Shown: positions 1-9,756, counted from the stretch's first letter. The stretch: 64,000 nt of DNA from a virus (IMGVR_UViG_3300029258_002326:1-64000); one strand, 5' to 3'. Notes: generated from the sequence alone by a model not told the origin. Numbers and translations: made by a program.

Positions 1-35
1 GGAGGACAGGCGGCGACGGGGACAACGGTGAGTCC

Positions 36-308
36 TTGATGTATCAGATGGATGCGTTCTTCGAGTCGATGGATATACACGGGACTCCAATGGACAAGCT
101 CCAGCAGCTAACCGTGGCCCTTGGGTTCAAGATTACTGATAAAGTGAGCCTTATGCGCTGCAAAAAAGGGTTTAATAGTCCTCGGTGGTGGCTGACCGGG
201 TGTGTTGGTGGGGACCATGTTTTGCCTGAAACGATTAACTGCGAGACAGAGGAAGAGGCTATAGATGCGGCTTTGAATGCCATATCCAGGGCAGATAAAC
301 CCGGTTGA
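36..308 (+). CDS. hypothetical phage protein
   Basis: ORF co-oriented with the rest of the region; no recognised motif. Confidence 0.55.
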   Translation: MMYQMDAFFESMDIHGTPMDKLQQLTVALGFKITDKVSLMRCKKGFNSPRWWLTGCVGGDHVLPETINCETEEEAIDAALNAISRADKPG

Positions 309-429
309 CGAAGCCCTGGTAACGCTGTACAAAGATTGGGCTCGAATATAGGGTCCTGAGTGGTTCCTCGTATTGATGCGGGGGTGATTTCGTTGCTGTT
401 GTTTTAATTGATGTTTTGGAGGCTGAAGA

Positions 430-1014
430 ATGAAGTGGCCTAGAAGAATCACAATGAGAATTGGCGACATGGTTGACGGCATGTGCACTGTGTATCCTGT
501 TGATAAGAGTTGGTACAAGGCATTTGGCGAATACACTGCAACAGTGTGTGGAGAGAGTATGCCGGATCTGTTGCTTGACGTCGACTATGCTGTTGGTAGA
601 GCTGTCTGTATTGCTGACGAGGTTATGAATGAGAAGTCATTAATCCGGATCCTTGAAGAGGAGTGCGGTTATTGGGATTTCGACACTGATCCGGTTTGGA
701 TTGTGCGCGAATATGCACTGAAAGCGGAGAAGGTGGACAAGGAGATCAGGAGGCGAGTCACCATGGATCTCCTGGATCAGGAGGCGCTCGAAGACGGGGC
801 TCAAGAGGAGCCCAAGCCTTCGTGTGCAGAGTGTTACTTCGCAGAGGGTCCACCTGGTGATCGTTCGCTTTTTCGATGTACTTATGGAAACCTCATGGTC
901 GCGACGCTTATCGACCAGATACCGGATGTGGACAAAGAGATGGGGTGCAGGCACTTCGTTCGAGCCCGGAAGGCAAAGGCGGCGGTCTTTGTTGATTGCA
1001 AAGGAGGCGAGTGA
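430..1014 (+). CDS. hypothetical protein with C-terminal four-Cys module
   Basis: GGAGG upstream; CAEC...C...C-x2-F near the C-terminus. Confidence 0.75.
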   Translation: MKWPRRITMRIGDMVDGMCTVYPVDKSWYKAFGEYTATVCGESMPDLLLDVDYAVGRAVCIADEVMNEKSLIRILEEECGYWDFDTDPVWIVREYALKAEKVDKEIRRRVTMDLLDQEALEDGAQEEPKPSCAECYFAEGPPGDRSLFRCTYGNLMVATLIDQIPDVDKEMGCRHFVRARKAKAAVFVDCKGGE

Positions 1015-1355
1015 TGGCCAATTGTTTCAGGTGCAGTCATCTCAAGAAAGCGCGGAGCGATGTGTGGAGATGGGAGTGTCTGGAGGCAGACACTTATTTC
1101 CGTACAGACGACGATAAGTCCATGAGGTTCATTAACTGTGACTACTTCAATGAAGCGCCTGGTGTTAAATCCGGGCGTCATGTGGTGCACACATCCGTGG
1201 CGGTGTCCGAGGATTATGTTGCGGTTATTGCGACGTGTCGCGACGGCACGATATGGGTTGTCGATCCGACGGCGAAGGACGACATGAGCAGTGAGGACTG
1301 GACTAAGTTTCCGGACATTCCTTTGGATGAACAAGGAGACAATGATGAGTGCTGA
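1014..1355 (+). CDS. hypothetical protein, four-Cys module + 'ALCNDGT.W' module
   Basis: AGGAGG RBS, TGATG overlap; CFRC..C..C then ATCRDGTIW...WTKFPDIP. Confidence 0.8.
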   Translation: MANCFRCSHLKKARSDVWRWECLEADTYFRTDDDKSMRFINCDYFNEAPGVKSGRHVVHTSVAVSEDYVAVIATCRDGTIWVVDPTAKDDMSSEDWTKFPDIPLDEQGDNDEC

Positions 1356-1719
1356 TAGAGATATTGTTAAACTTGAGAACGGGAAGTACACCTTCGTGAA
1401 AGAGGGCGTGGAGTTCCGGTGCGATCGATACGGCGAGGAGTGGATGGACTTCGGAGTCACGGTGGCGGGGAACAGAGCGATAGTGGCATTGTTTGACAGG
1501 GTGCTTGAGCTGGAAGGCGAACTCAAAGCTCTTAAGGCCGAACAGCAAGAAGATGAAGATGACATGGGCACTGACGAGGCGTGTCACATGTGCGGGAATG
1601 ACCTGATCGAGGTTGAAGATTCCAAGCCAAGAGAAATTGCCAATGGACCTTACAAAGGCAGGATGATGACTCCTACCCATGTGTGTCCTGTGTGCGATTG
1701 CTTGGTGCACAGAGGGTAA
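1342..1719 (+). CDS. hypothetical protein, C-terminal Zn-ribbon
   Basis: AAGGAG RBS; CHMC...PTHVCPVC. Confidence 0.75.
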   Translation: MMSADRDIVKLENGKYTFVKEGVEFRCDRYGEEWMDFGVTVAGNRAIVALFDRVLELEGELKALKAEQQEDEDDMGTDEACHMCGNDLIEVEDSKPREIANGPYKGRMMTPTHVCPVCDCLVHRG

Positions 1720-1730
1720 GAAGGAAAGCA

Positions 1731-2114
1731 ATGTCAGACATTCATACATGGATCTTGTTCGTGGGACTGATCACGTTGGTTGGGGCGGTATTTGTTGCTG
1801 TTAAGCTCTGGGTTGTTCGTCTCATGCTTCCGAAGAAGCTGGAGCTTCCGCCGATTGACGTAGATACGATTCTCTACGTGGATGAATTCTGTGGCTCCGA
1901 CAGCAACGATGGGACGTCCTGGGAGCAGGCGAGGAAGACTGTGGACGGACTTCCGAAGCAGTTGAACGCCGAGTTGACCATAAGGTTGAGGAAGGACCCT
2001 TGGACGCACTGCAACTTGAGCGGGTTCTACGGGGTTGGCAAGCTGATGTTTCAGGGCGAGTTGCCGCCGAAGATAAACCCAATTAGGCCAGGAGAAGACA
2101 ATGAGGGTCTTTGA
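1731..2114 (+). CDS. membrane-anchored protein with beta-helix/tailspike N-cap-like motif
   Basis: N-terminal TM helix; LYVD..GSDSNDGTSW..A.KTV motif typical of pectin-lyase-like protein N-caps. Confidence 0.55.
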   Translation: MSDIHTWILFVGLITLVGAVFVAVKLWVVRLMLPKKLELPPIDVDTILYVDEFCGSDSNDGTSWEQARKTVDGLPKQLNAELTIRLRKDPWTHCNLSGFYGVGKLMFQGELPPKINPIRPGEDNEGL

Positions 2115-2334
2115 TGAACACCTGAGTGAGCTTAAGCCGTGTCCGTTTTGCGGGGCGGGAGAGACGTTTTTCGATGCGGTGTTCGAAAGGAATTCGACTG
2201 TCATGAGCGAGGCGTTGAAGCTGAGGCACACTTGTCTTTATGGTGGCGCGGTGATTGTCATGGTTGGTTCTGATTTGCCATCACTGGTAGCAAGATGGAA
2301 CAAAGGAACAGGAGGACAAGATGGACATAGGTAG
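2101..2334 (+). CDS. Lar (restriction alleviation)-family Zn-ribbon protein
   Basis: ELKPCPFCG ... C ... ARWN signature. Confidence 0.65.
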   Translation: MRVFDEHLSELKPCPFCGAGETFFDAVFERNSTVMSEALKLRHTCLYGGAVIVMVGSDLPSLVARWNKGTGGQDGHR

Positions 2335-2527
2335 GGTGTTGAATGACATGGTCGAGAAGAAGAGTCCTTATGAACCGGTTCGACGTTTTCATGTCTGGAA
2401 CAGCAAGCGTGTTTATAGGGGTGTCAAATCAATGATCCTTGAGACGCCCGACGAGAAGGAGTTCCCCTACTACGAGGAGATTGTTCCACCTCAGTGTCCT
2501 GGGTGCAAAGAGGGAGAGGGTACTTGA
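2321..2527 (+). CDS. hypothetical protein
   Basis: AGGAGG RBS, overlaps the previous gene. Confidence 0.65.
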   Translation: MDIGRVLNDMVEKKSPYEPVRRFHVWNSKRVYRGVKSMILETPDEKEFPYYEEIVPPQCPGCKEGEGT

Positions 2528-2528
2528 G

Positions 2529-2774
2529 ATGGATCATGTGTACGCCGTAACAGTCGTTGAGGATGGAAAAGTCAAGTTTCAGGTTGTATTTTCGCGCATG
2601 AAGTCAGCAGTAGAGCGACGTAAGAAGTGGGCTGATAAATACGGCGAAGAGAACGTTATTGTCCTTAATCATATAATTGATGGAACTGTAGGCGCTGTGC
2701 CTGCGCACGGGACGGTGATTTCACCTGGTGATAGTTTCGTATTAAAGGATGTGTACAATGTTGAAACCGACTGA
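2529..2774 (+). CDS. hypothetical protein
   Basis: ORF in the tightly packed array; start chosen at ATG 2529. Confidence 0.65.
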   Translation: MDHVYAVTVVEDGKVKFQVVFSRMKSAVERRKKWADKYGEENVIVLNHIIDGTVGAVPAHGTVISPGDSFVLKDVYNVETD

Positions 2775-2982
2775 AAAAGAGATCGAGGACTTTCTTGAGT
2801 GGTCGAAGAAGCCTTGTATGTGCGAGTCGTACTACAGCTACCAGTGCACTAAACACCGAGATGTTGCTGATGGCTTCCTGAATGACCAAAAAGAAGTGTT
2901 GAACCATTGCTTGCGAGAAGGGCTTGTGGAGTGGGATTCCTACCATACGCTGAATGTAGTCGTGAAGCAAAATGGGCGTTGA
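2758..2982 (+). CDS. hypothetical protein
   Basis: ORF in the tightly packed array. Confidence 0.6.
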   Translation: MLKPTEKEIEDFLEWSKKPCMCESYYSYQCTKHRDVADGFLNDQKEVLNHCLREGLVEWDSYHTLNVVVKQNGR

Positions 2983-3403
2983 TCCCTTCGTTGAGAGATT
3001 CCTGCGGGTGTTCAGGATAGGGCAAGAATGCGTCTTTACCACATTCTCCGTGGTGGTGGCAGGGACGCGCACGTTTGACGACTACGAACTCCTCAAAGGG
3101 AAGCTGGATGTCCTGATTGGGGAGAAAGCCAAAGAGCACAAGATAGAGATCGTATCCGGGGGCGCTACAGGTGCGGACGCACTCGGGGAGAAGTACGCAG
3201 AGGAGCGCGGGTTCGCCGTGAAGAAGTTCCCTGCCAACTGGGGCAAGCACGGGAAGGCGGCGGGGCCGATAAGGAACAAGGAGATGGCCGAGTATGCTCA
3301 TGCGGTCGTTGTATTTTGGGACGGCCTGTCGCGTGGTTCTATGAGCATGACCAATGAGGCGCGGGCGGCGGGCAAGCCAACTCGCGTCATTAGGTATCAA
3401 TAA
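2972..3403 (+). CDS. SLOG superfamily (DUF2493/YspA-like) protein
   Basis: VVAGTRTF.DY; IVSGGATGAD; ANW.KHGKAAGPIRN.EM; FWDG.SRG. Confidence 0.85.
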   Translation: MGVDPFVERFLRVFRIGQECVFTTFSVVVAGTRTFDDYELLKGKLDVLIGEKAKEHKIEIVSGGATGADALGEKYAEERGFAVKKFPANWGKHGKAAGPIRNKEMAEYAHAVVVFWDGLSRGSMSMTNEARAAGKPTRVIRYQ

Positions 3404-3415
3404 GAGGAGAAGGCG

Positions 3416-3694
3416 ATGAGTGACAAGGACGAAATAACCAAGGGTGAGTCGTGGGTTCCGACGCACACGGGCGATCGAACTGGGTGCACGACAGCTGGTG
3501 TGACTCTGTGTGATTACCCTGCTGACTATTCGCCCCATGGTGACAAGCGTGTAATCATCCAAATTGCCGTTAGCGAGTGCCCAGAGTCAGACACTGTCGT
3601 GGCTCTCTGCAATGACGGGACTGTGTGGAGATCGATCTACCCGCATGAGAAGTGGATCAAGATGCGAGAGATTCCGCAGGGGGAAGAGGAATAA
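3416..3694 (+). CDS. hypothetical protein with 'ALCNDGT.W' module
   Basis: GAGGAG RBS; IIQIA...VVALCNDGTVW...W...IPQ. Confidence 0.8.
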   Translation: MSDKDEITKGESWVPTHTGDRTGCTTAGVTLCDYPADYSPHGDKRVIIQIAVSECPESDTVVALCNDGTVWRSIYPHEKWIKMREIPQGEEE

Positions 3695-3729
3695 GGGGTT
3701 CGGGTGAGCATTCATATGTTGGCTGTTGA

Positions 3730-4404
3730 TTGAGGAGAAGAATGGGCAAGACAGAATATACAGTTGAGCATGTTTATTGGGCTGCTTACGAGGCGAGGCG
3801 CAGGAAGAAGACGCCTGTGTTCCTCAGCGGTGATCGTATGCAGGAAGTCGATATTGAAGAGACGCAACCTGTTGTCACTGTGCTCTTGGGCGGCGACGCT
3901 GAGGTGCTGGATTCATACAATGGTGAGACTGGACCAGTGCCATGGATCGAGGTTAGTGCACGCAGGTTTTTTGCTTGCAGAGGAGACAGCAGTATTGCGG
4001 CGTATCTCGAAATCGGGTGCGGTCTGATTGAAGAGGAGACTCCGCCGAAAACTAAGCACATCTGTGTTGATTCAGCGAAGGAGTTGGAGCCGTTATTGAT
4101 CGCGGCGGCTGTCCGATGCAGGGAATGTTACAAGGATATTTCTTGTGAGGAGTGCGGAGGGAGGAAGGCATGGAGAGCATTGTCCGTGATATGCAAAGGG
4201 CACTCTGATGATGTTCCCGCTGATAAAGGGTCCGACCCTGATGATGATAGCAAGTGTTTCCAGTGCGGGTCCGACTGGGAGAAGGTCGACAATGCGGAGC
4301 CAGAGCCGACCGGTTTTAATATGCTTAACAAGGATACGGAGTTGTGGGTGAAGCCTACGCATCTGTGTTCCAAGAGGTGCGGAGAGTGGAAACGAGAGGG
4401 ATAA
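3730..4404 (+). CDS. hypothetical Cys-rich protein
   Basis: Several CxxC motifs; C-terminal C..CG.D...PTH.C module like 1342..1719; ATG 3742 is a likely start. Confidence 0.7.
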   Translation: MRRRMGKTEYTVEHVYWAAYEARRRKKTPVFLSGDRMQEVDIEETQPVVTVLLGGDAEVLDSYNGETGPVPWIEVSARRFFACRGDSSIAAYLEIGCGLIEEETPPKTKHICVDSAKELEPLLIAAAVRCRECYKDISCEECGGRKAWRALSVICKGHSDDVPADKGSDPDDDSKCFQCGSDWEKVDNAEPEPTGFNMLNKDTELWVKPTHLCSKRCGEWKREG

Positions 4405-4431
4405 GGAGGAGTAGGCAATGGAGGAAAAGGG

Positions 4432-4857
4432 ATGACAATGTTTAAGTACGAAATAGGACAAGAGGTTTGGTACACAAACAAGCGTGGGAAGGCGGCGGTG
4501 GCGGAGGTTGGTGGTCGGAAGTCAGAGGAGATGACAAAGGGTAATGTTAGCAGGGATTACTTCCTAAAAGGGATTGGAATGAAAGATGAGGATCAGCTGT
4601 ACAAGAGTGCGCCTGATCTGGTGGCTGATCTCTTGTCCGAAGCAAAAGGCGTCGATTACATGGTTCACGAGCAAGATCGCGAGAGGGTTGAGAGATACAA
4701 CAAGCTGTACGTCCTGTGTAGACGGTTCATAGTTGAGGCTGGAATCGACAGCGAGGAAGCCATTGGACGGGCTTCGGATAACTCATGGGGGCTCGTGAAA
4801 AGGATTTGTGATTTGATTGGTTACTACGATGGGGGGCGAGGGGAGGAAAAAGGATGA
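4432..4857 (+). CDS. hypothetical protein (paralog A1)
   Basis: MTMFKYEIGQ...KDEDQL...ICDLIGYYD; similar to the next gene. Confidence 0.8.
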   Translation: MTMFKYEIGQEVWYTNKRGKAAVAEVGGRKSEEMTKGNVSRDYFLKGIGMKDEDQLYKSAPDLVADLLSEAKGVDYMVHEQDRERVERYNKLYVLCRRFIVEAGIDSEEAIGRASDNSWGLVKRICDLIGYYDGGRGEEKG

Positions 4858-5276
4858 CAATGTTTAGGTACGAAATAGGACAAAGGGTTTGGCTTGAGGA
4901 CGATGGCCGGGCAGCCATCGATGCAGTCAAGGGGCGCAAGTTCGAGGAGAAAGACAACATAAAGAGCATTACTTATTACCTAGAAAATAGCTCTCCCAAG
5001 GATGAGAATCAGCTGTTTGGAGAGGCGTTTGATTTAGTGTTGGAGTTCCTGTCTGATGTCGATGTTGATTGTGCGATTACTGAACTGGACGGCAAGACAA
5101 TGGAGAAGCGTTCCTGGCTCCATGATTTATGCGGGCGCTTCATTGATGATCACAGGCTGAAGGACAAAGACTCTGTTTGGGCAAGTGACGAGGTTACTGC
5201 GAAGGAGATCCGAGCGTTCATCCAGAAGATTTGCGAGACAATCGGTTATTACGATCCTCCGGGAGAAAACGAATGA
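4854..5276 (+). CDS. hypothetical protein (paralog A2)
   Basis: MTMFRYEIGQ...KDENQL...ICETIGYYD; same RBS context GGAGGAAAA.GGATGACAATGTTTA. Confidence 0.8.
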   Translation: MTMFRYEIGQRVWLEDDGRAAIDAVKGRKFEEKDNIKSITYYLENSSPKDENQLFGEAFDLVLEFLSDVDVDCAITELDGKTMEKRSWLHDLCGRFIDDHRLKDKDSVWASDEVTAKEIRAFIQKICETIGYYDPPGENE

Positions 5277-5509
5277 GAACCATGTTCTGTTGTCCGACTT
5301 GTGGGAAAGCGCCTCGGTTGCGCCAAGTGGAGCTAGGTGGTGTACATCACTATCAATACCAATGTTGTCTCGTGAGAACGCAATTGGTTGAGGAAGATCC
5401 CGCTCGCGCCGAGAAGGAATGGAGTCTTAACCCAGAGGTTCTGGCCGGGGCGGTTGAGTCGCTAATGGCGCGAGTATATGCGTTAGAACACGAGGTAGAC
5501 AGCAAATGA
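5273..5509 (+). CDS. small Zn-ribbon protein
   Basis: CPTCG...CC; ATGA overlap. Confidence 0.65.
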   Translation: MRTMFCCPTCGKAPRLRQVELGGVHHYQYQCCLVRTQLVEEDPARAEKEWSLNPEVLAGAVESLMARVYALEHEVDSK

Positions 5510-5901
5510 AAAAAGAGCAAATAAATATAGGTGACTACGTATTCCACTTGATTGGATCCGTCAGAGACGACGGTGACATCATCAAGAAGGTCATTTGTAG
5601 TCGGGTGATCGCGATATACGAACGCGAGCGGGAAGATCTGCCTGGTAGAATATCTGAGTATCGATACGAGCTTAAGGATACCGAATTCGGAAGGGTCTAC
5701 ATCGGAGAAGGATGCCTCCTGGGCGCATGTGCGGTGGACGCCGTCGATAGGGCGATTGCCTACGGAGAGAGGGAAGTGGCTTCTCTGAGGCAGCTTTTAG
5801 AGGAGATGGAGGATGAAGAGCCGGTGGAAGGGAAGAACGAGGAGATCGAAAAGTTCAGAGCAACGCAGATCACTACAGAACCAAGGGGAACAAATGACTA
5901 A
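5506..5901 (+). CDS. hypothetical protein
   Basis: ORF with ATGA overlap. Confidence 0.7.
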   Translation: MKKEQINIGDYVFHLIGSVRDDGDIIKKVICSRVIAIYEREREDLPGRISEYRYELKDTEFGRVYIGEGCLLGACAVDAVDRAIAYGEREVASLRQLLEEMEDEEPVEGKNEEIEKFRATQITTEPRGTND

Positions 5902-6073
5902 TCTATACTGGATATATGCAAATATTAGCGGAAGTGCAAAATGGCACCTCGTACTGGATAGACGACCAGGACTGTACTTCATTCAGGAAGATTTCGAAGA
6001 AGAAGAATACGACATTGAACTATACCGAGAGGAAAATCCAGACCGTGAGGTTATAGCGGTGCCAATCGAGTAG
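5894..6073 (+). CDS. small acidic hypothetical protein
   Basis: AAGGGG RBS before ATG 5894. Confidence 0.55.
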   Translation: MTNLYWIYANISGSAKWHLVLDRRPGLYFIQEDFEEEEYDIELYREENPDREVIAVPIE

Positions 6074-6081
6074 ACTGCCCA

Positions 6082-6318
6082 TTGTGTGATGCTCTGTTCT
6101 TGCATGACCGTCTCAGCCTAGCTATCAGCGTGATTGGAAGTGCTTTGGAAGGACTTTCGAAGATACCGGACACAGGTAGTGAAGAAGGAGATCTAGACGC
6201 GGACGAAAGGGCTAGGGGTCAAGCATGTATTAACATGGAGCGGTTTTTAAACTACGCAAAAATGGGCAACGTGTTTGCCGAGAGTTTGCGGTTGGCAAAG
6301 AAAGACAATGGCGAGTGA
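6082..6318 (+). CDS. hypothetical protein
   Basis: ORF fills the gap; weak start. Confidence 0.5.
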   Translation: MCDALFLHDRLSLAISVIGSALEGLSKIPDTGSEEGDLDADERARGQACINMERFLNYAKMGNVFAESLRLAKKDNGE

Positions 6319-6548
6319 TGCCAGCGTTATTTGATTACGAGATGGCCCTCGCTGCCGTGGACCCGTGGAAATTGCGTGAGGATGGGTCAAACAACTGGAG
6401 TGTCCACTACTTTGACCGCATGGGGCGATGGACGGCCAGTGCAACAGGCATGAGCAAGGCCGACGCAAAAAAGAAGGCAGCAAAAAAGCGGCGTAAGGCA
6501 CGCCAGAAGATTGCCCAAAAACATTCAACCAGGTTAAGCAACGGCTGA
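6315..6548 (+). CDS. small basic protein
   Basis: K/R/A-rich C-terminus. Confidence 0.6.
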   Translation: MMPALFDYEMALAAVDPWKLREDGSNNWSVHYFDRMGRWTASATGMSKADAKKKAAKKRRKARQKIAQKHSTRLSNG

Positions 6549-6563
6549 GAGGCTTGAAGGCGA

Positions 6564-6842
6564 ATGAAGAAGAAATACTGGAAAAAGGTAACGCCGGACT
6601 GCACCAGGGGCTGGGGACTGAAGAAGCAGGGCCGGTTGTTCAGGAACAAGGACCGAGTCCGGCTAGAGGTTACCAAGCGACAGATCGGGCCTGGCATGAC
6701 CTTTGGTGCAATCACAGAGCGATTCGAGTTGCGTGTACACGACAACGTAACGGGGGTTGAATGCGTGATAGAGGATGACTTCCGAAGCGAGATCGAAGCC
6801 GTCACCGAGGCCGCCCAGTTGTTCAGGCTGGAGAAGTGGTAA
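6564..6842 (+). CDS. hypothetical protein
   Basis: ORF in array. Confidence 0.65.
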   Translation: MKKKYWKKVTPDCTRGWGLKKQGRLFRNKDRVRLEVTKRQIGPGMTFGAITERFELRVHDNVTGVECVIEDDFRSEIEAVTEAAQLFRLEKW

Positions 6843-6857
6843 GGAATAGAGAAGAAG

Positions 6858-7340
6858 ATGAAAGAAAACAGAGAGTTCAAGATGAGTTGTTACTTGTGCA
6901 AGCGGCACGAGCCTAGCATGGGGGCCGACGGTGTTCATTGTCGGGCCAAGGGTTTCGAAATTGACCATGAGCGTGCCGTGAGTATTAGGTGTGAGATGTT
7001 CGAGCGCATGGCGGCGTCGGAGTGGCGCTATTGGTGGGTATGGAACAAGGATAAGTACTCCAAGGGGATATACGCGAGCAAGGATGGAACGCCTGATAAG
7101 CAAGCCTCTCCATACCAGTTAGAGATAGAGCAGCCCTCATGCCCGGAGAAGCCGGTAGAGCCAGACTGGCCGAATGGTTGGTACTGGGTGAAGGATGAAA
7201 ACGGGCGAGAGTTGTTCCGTAGAAAAAGCGGCTATCATGCCTACGATAAGTACAACGGAAGGCGCGAAGAATGGGATTGCTATGAGGTGGTAGCCAGCTT
7301 TAATGGAGTCAAGTTCGTCAATGAGGAGGATGACAGATGA
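6858..7340 (+). CDS. hypothetical protein with N-terminal four-Cys module
   Basis: CYLC...HC...C-x2-F; Trp-rich C-terminal half. Confidence 0.7.
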   Translation: MKENREFKMSCYLCKRHEPSMGADGVHCRAKGFEIDHERAVSIRCEMFERMAASEWRYWWVWNKDKYSKGIYASKDGTPDKQASPYQLEIEQPSCPEKPVEPDWPNGWYWVKDENGRELFRRKSGYHAYDKYNGRREEWDCYEVVASFNGVKFVNEEDDR

Positions 7341-7765
7341 TATACAAGAAAAGACCGTTAAAGGTAGATGCAGAGCGTTGGTACAAGGTTGAGTACGACA
7401 GGCAGGCGGGGCAGAATACGCAGCCGATCTATCACCTAGACGTTGGGCACTTTCGGGATCCGGAGGTTGACGGCCAGGAGATGTGCGATCTGTGTAACAA
7501 TGAAATGTACAAACACGGATGGATAGATAAGTACGACGGTAGTGGGCATGTGGTTTGTCCGGAGGACTGGGTTGTGACCGAGATAGATGGATCCAAGGTT
7601 CCGTACAAGCTTCACGATTTCGAAAAGTCCCATGAGCCCAACCTCGCATATGCTGTTTCGGCGCTCAGGGACAATTTCGAGAGAGACGCCGTTGTCTTGA
7701 TAGAGAGAGTTGGCTCAGGAATGAGGTTCACCCCGATGGAGGGCGACGAAGAGATCATCGGGTAA
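7337..7765 (+). CDS. conserved phage protein (PGDYG-like)
   Basis: YKKRPLKVDA.RW...HGWID..DG.HVVCP.DW pattern. Confidence 0.6.
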   Translation: MIYKKRPLKVDAERWYKVEYDRQAGQNTQPIYHLDVGHFRDPEVDGQEMCDLCNNEMYKHGWIDKYDGSGHVVCPEDWVVTEIDGSKVPYKLHDFEKSHEPNLAYAVSALRDNFERDAVVLIERVGSGMRFTPMEGDEEIIG

Positions 7766-7772
7766 AGGAGGC

Positions 7773-8222
7773 GTGATGCCTGGTACAGATATTGGTTTCT
7801 GGTTGTTCCTGGTCAGCCTGATCCCTAGCTTTCTAATGCTTGTGGTTGTTGGGGTGATCACGTGGATACAAATCAAGTACAAGAATAGGCTATGGGGGGT
7901 GAACTGGGTCATTGCTTTCGGGGTCATGCTGATTGTGTTTTGGGCAACCTTTGGGTCTTACGGGCCGGGGATCGCGCCGGATCTCCCGCCACCGTCTGAG
8001 GAGGGGGTCAATGTGAGGATGGAGAGTGTTCCGCCAGAGGATGTAGGAGGCGCGGCGGCCAAGGCAGAGAGCAAGGTTCCCCCGGTGCTTAAGCAGGTGC
8101 GGGAAACCGCTCAGGGCGGGGCCGGGCCAGAGAAGATTGACGAAGACGAGAAGTTCAAGCGGACTCTTGAGAATGCACTCAGGATCCAAGACAATAAAAA
8201 GCGGAGAAAAGCCAAGAAATAG
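7773..8222 (+). CDS. two-TM membrane protein
   Basis: AGGAGG RBS; two hydrophobic helices. Confidence 0.75.
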   Translation: MMPGTDIGFWLFLVSLIPSFLMLVVVGVITWIQIKYKNRLWGVNWVIAFGVMLIVFWATFGSYGPGIAPDLPPPSEEGVNVRMESVPPEDVGGAAAKAESKVPPVLKQVRETAQGGAGPEKIDEDEKFKRTLENALRIQDNKKRRKAKK

Positions 8223-8261
8223 CCCCCCCTTTCTTTCTTTCCGCAAAAGCACTTCCCCCTG

Positions 8262-8290
8262 TTGACAAACCACTAACGAGGCTGTAAATT
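8262..8290 (+). promoter_or_regulatory. sigma70-like promoter
   Basis: TTGACA-17 nt-TAAATT in an intergenic gap. Confidence 0.75.
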
Positions 8291-8336
8291 AGCAATGAGA
8301 GCACAGCCCGAAGTTGACCGCTGAAAGGGGTTTCAG

Positions 8337-8996
8337 ATGAATAGTGAATTTAAAGACAGGGTAGCTTCTGATGTGGAGGCCATCGACAGTAACAACAGTA
8401 ACAAGGGGATTATGTATTCACTAAACGATATGACTTACCAGTCTCCTCTTAGCGATCGATACTCTGTTAAATTCTTCAACAAGATATGGGGCAAGAAGTT
8501 GATTCTCTCGGCGACCGAGGTTGCCAGGTTGGACGCCAGTGATTCAGACAAGATCTCTATTCTTCTTTCTAAGGTTAAAGACGAGGCGGCGATCCTGTGG
8601 GCCATTGAGTGTGTGAAGAACTCGGTCTGTCATGTCAATATGGCAAGGGCTGAGTTTGGGGTAGAGGTAGATAGCCGCTTTGACAGGGCGCTGTGGGCAT
8701 TGTCTTCGACGGTAGCGTGCGGGAGCGACCACCCCGGCCTGAGCCGGATACGTGAAGACTGTGCGCGATTCAAGGCCGAGGAGGGGGACTATGAGTCAAG
8801 TTGTATAGCGGGGGCAGTGAACGATCTGTTCATCGCTGTCAGGAGACTCCGCGAGGATGTTGAGGTCGAGGGTGACGGCGCGGATGATACCATAGTCGAG
8901 ATGGCAGAGAACGCTGCTGCGCTGGCGATGTTCAGTGACGAGGAAGAGAGGTGGCAATTGAACCTTCTCGTCAAGATGGCAGGAGGCCAGGTATGA
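8337..8996 (+). CDS. hypothetical helical protein
   Basis: ORF downstream of the promoter. Confidence 0.75.
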   Translation: MNSEFKDRVASDVEAIDSNNSNKGIMYSLNDMTYQSPLSDRYSVKFFNKIWGKKLILSATEVARLDASDSDKISILLSKVKDEAAILWAIECVKNSVCHVNMARAEFGVEVDSRFDRALWALSSTVACGSDHPGLSRIREDCARFKAEEGDYESSCIAGAVNDLFIAVRRLREDVEVEGDGADDTIVEMAENAAALAMFSDEEERWQLNLLVKMAGGQV

Positions 8997-9077
8997 TCGA
9001 CTGCCCAGGGGCAAGGGCGGAGACGACAGAAGAGAATGAAGGCAATGTTGCCGGTTAACAGCTGAAAGGAAACGAAG

Positions 9078-9305
9078 ATGGAAAGCAATCAAGGAATCAA
9101 TCAAGTTGAGAAAACCACAACCATTCAGCAGACGAGCAAGAGTATCAAGCTGATGTCTCTGGCTGGCACTCTAATGTTCTGGGGAGGGCTCGCGTTCACG
9201 ATATGGGGAGGGGACGTGATGAAGGTTGTGGGATTTCTTTCGGTGGTGTCTGGGGTGATCATGGTAATCGGAGCCAAGATCTCCAAGTGGTGGTATCACA
9301 GCTAG
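9078..9305 (+). CDS. small two-TM membrane protein
   Basis: TTIQQTSK.IK followed by two hydrophobic segments. Confidence 0.7.
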   Translation: MESNQGINQVEKTTTIQQTSKSIKLMSLAGTLMFWGGLAFTIWGGDVMKVVGFLSVVSGVIMVIGAKISKWWYHS

Positions 9306-9323
9306 AGGTGGGTGGCTTTCTCG

Positions 9324-9337
9324 CGAACTCAAGTTCG
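9324..9337 (+). repeat. 14-bp quasi-palindrome copy 1 (CGAACTCAAGTTCG)
   Basis: Exact match; intergenic. Confidence 0.95.
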
Positions 9338-9360
9338 CAAAATAAGGAGACGAAGAGTCA

Positions 9361-9756
9361 ATGTTAAAGGGTACATCTGGTCGAGAAGTCGTGTTTCATA
9401 TCCAGGATGGCAAGCAGCACTTAATCTCTCCTCCTCCAGGTTGGGAGCGCGGAGAGGTGAGGAGCGATGGTGCTGCTTGGGTTAACAGGAAGAAGTCGAT
9501 GAGTGTCATTGCGAGCATCTCTGTTGAATCAGATGGCAAGCACTGGCTTCATGTGTCTTGTGCACATTTTAGAAGGATGCCGACCTATGAAGAGATGGCG
9601 ATGGTGAAGAATGTTTTTGTCGGCAGAGACAAGTACGCGATCAGCGTGATGCCTCCAACCGAAAAGCATGTGAATATTCATAGGTACTGCCTTCACTGGT
9701 GGTCCTGCATGGATGGGCATCCGCTTCCGGAGTTTTCCTCTGGCGGAACCATCTGA
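9361..9756 (+). CDS. conserved phage protein (HVS...RxPT...HVN.H..CLH family)
   Basis: WLHVSCAH..RMPTYEEM..VKN.F; HVNIHRYCLHWW. Confidence 0.75.
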   Translation: MLKGTSGREVVFHIQDGKQHLISPPPGWERGEVRSDGAAWVNRKKSMSVIASISVESDGKHWLHVSCAHFRRMPTYEEMAMVKNVFVGRDKYAISVMPPTEKHVNIHRYCLHWWSCMDGHPLPEFSSGGTI

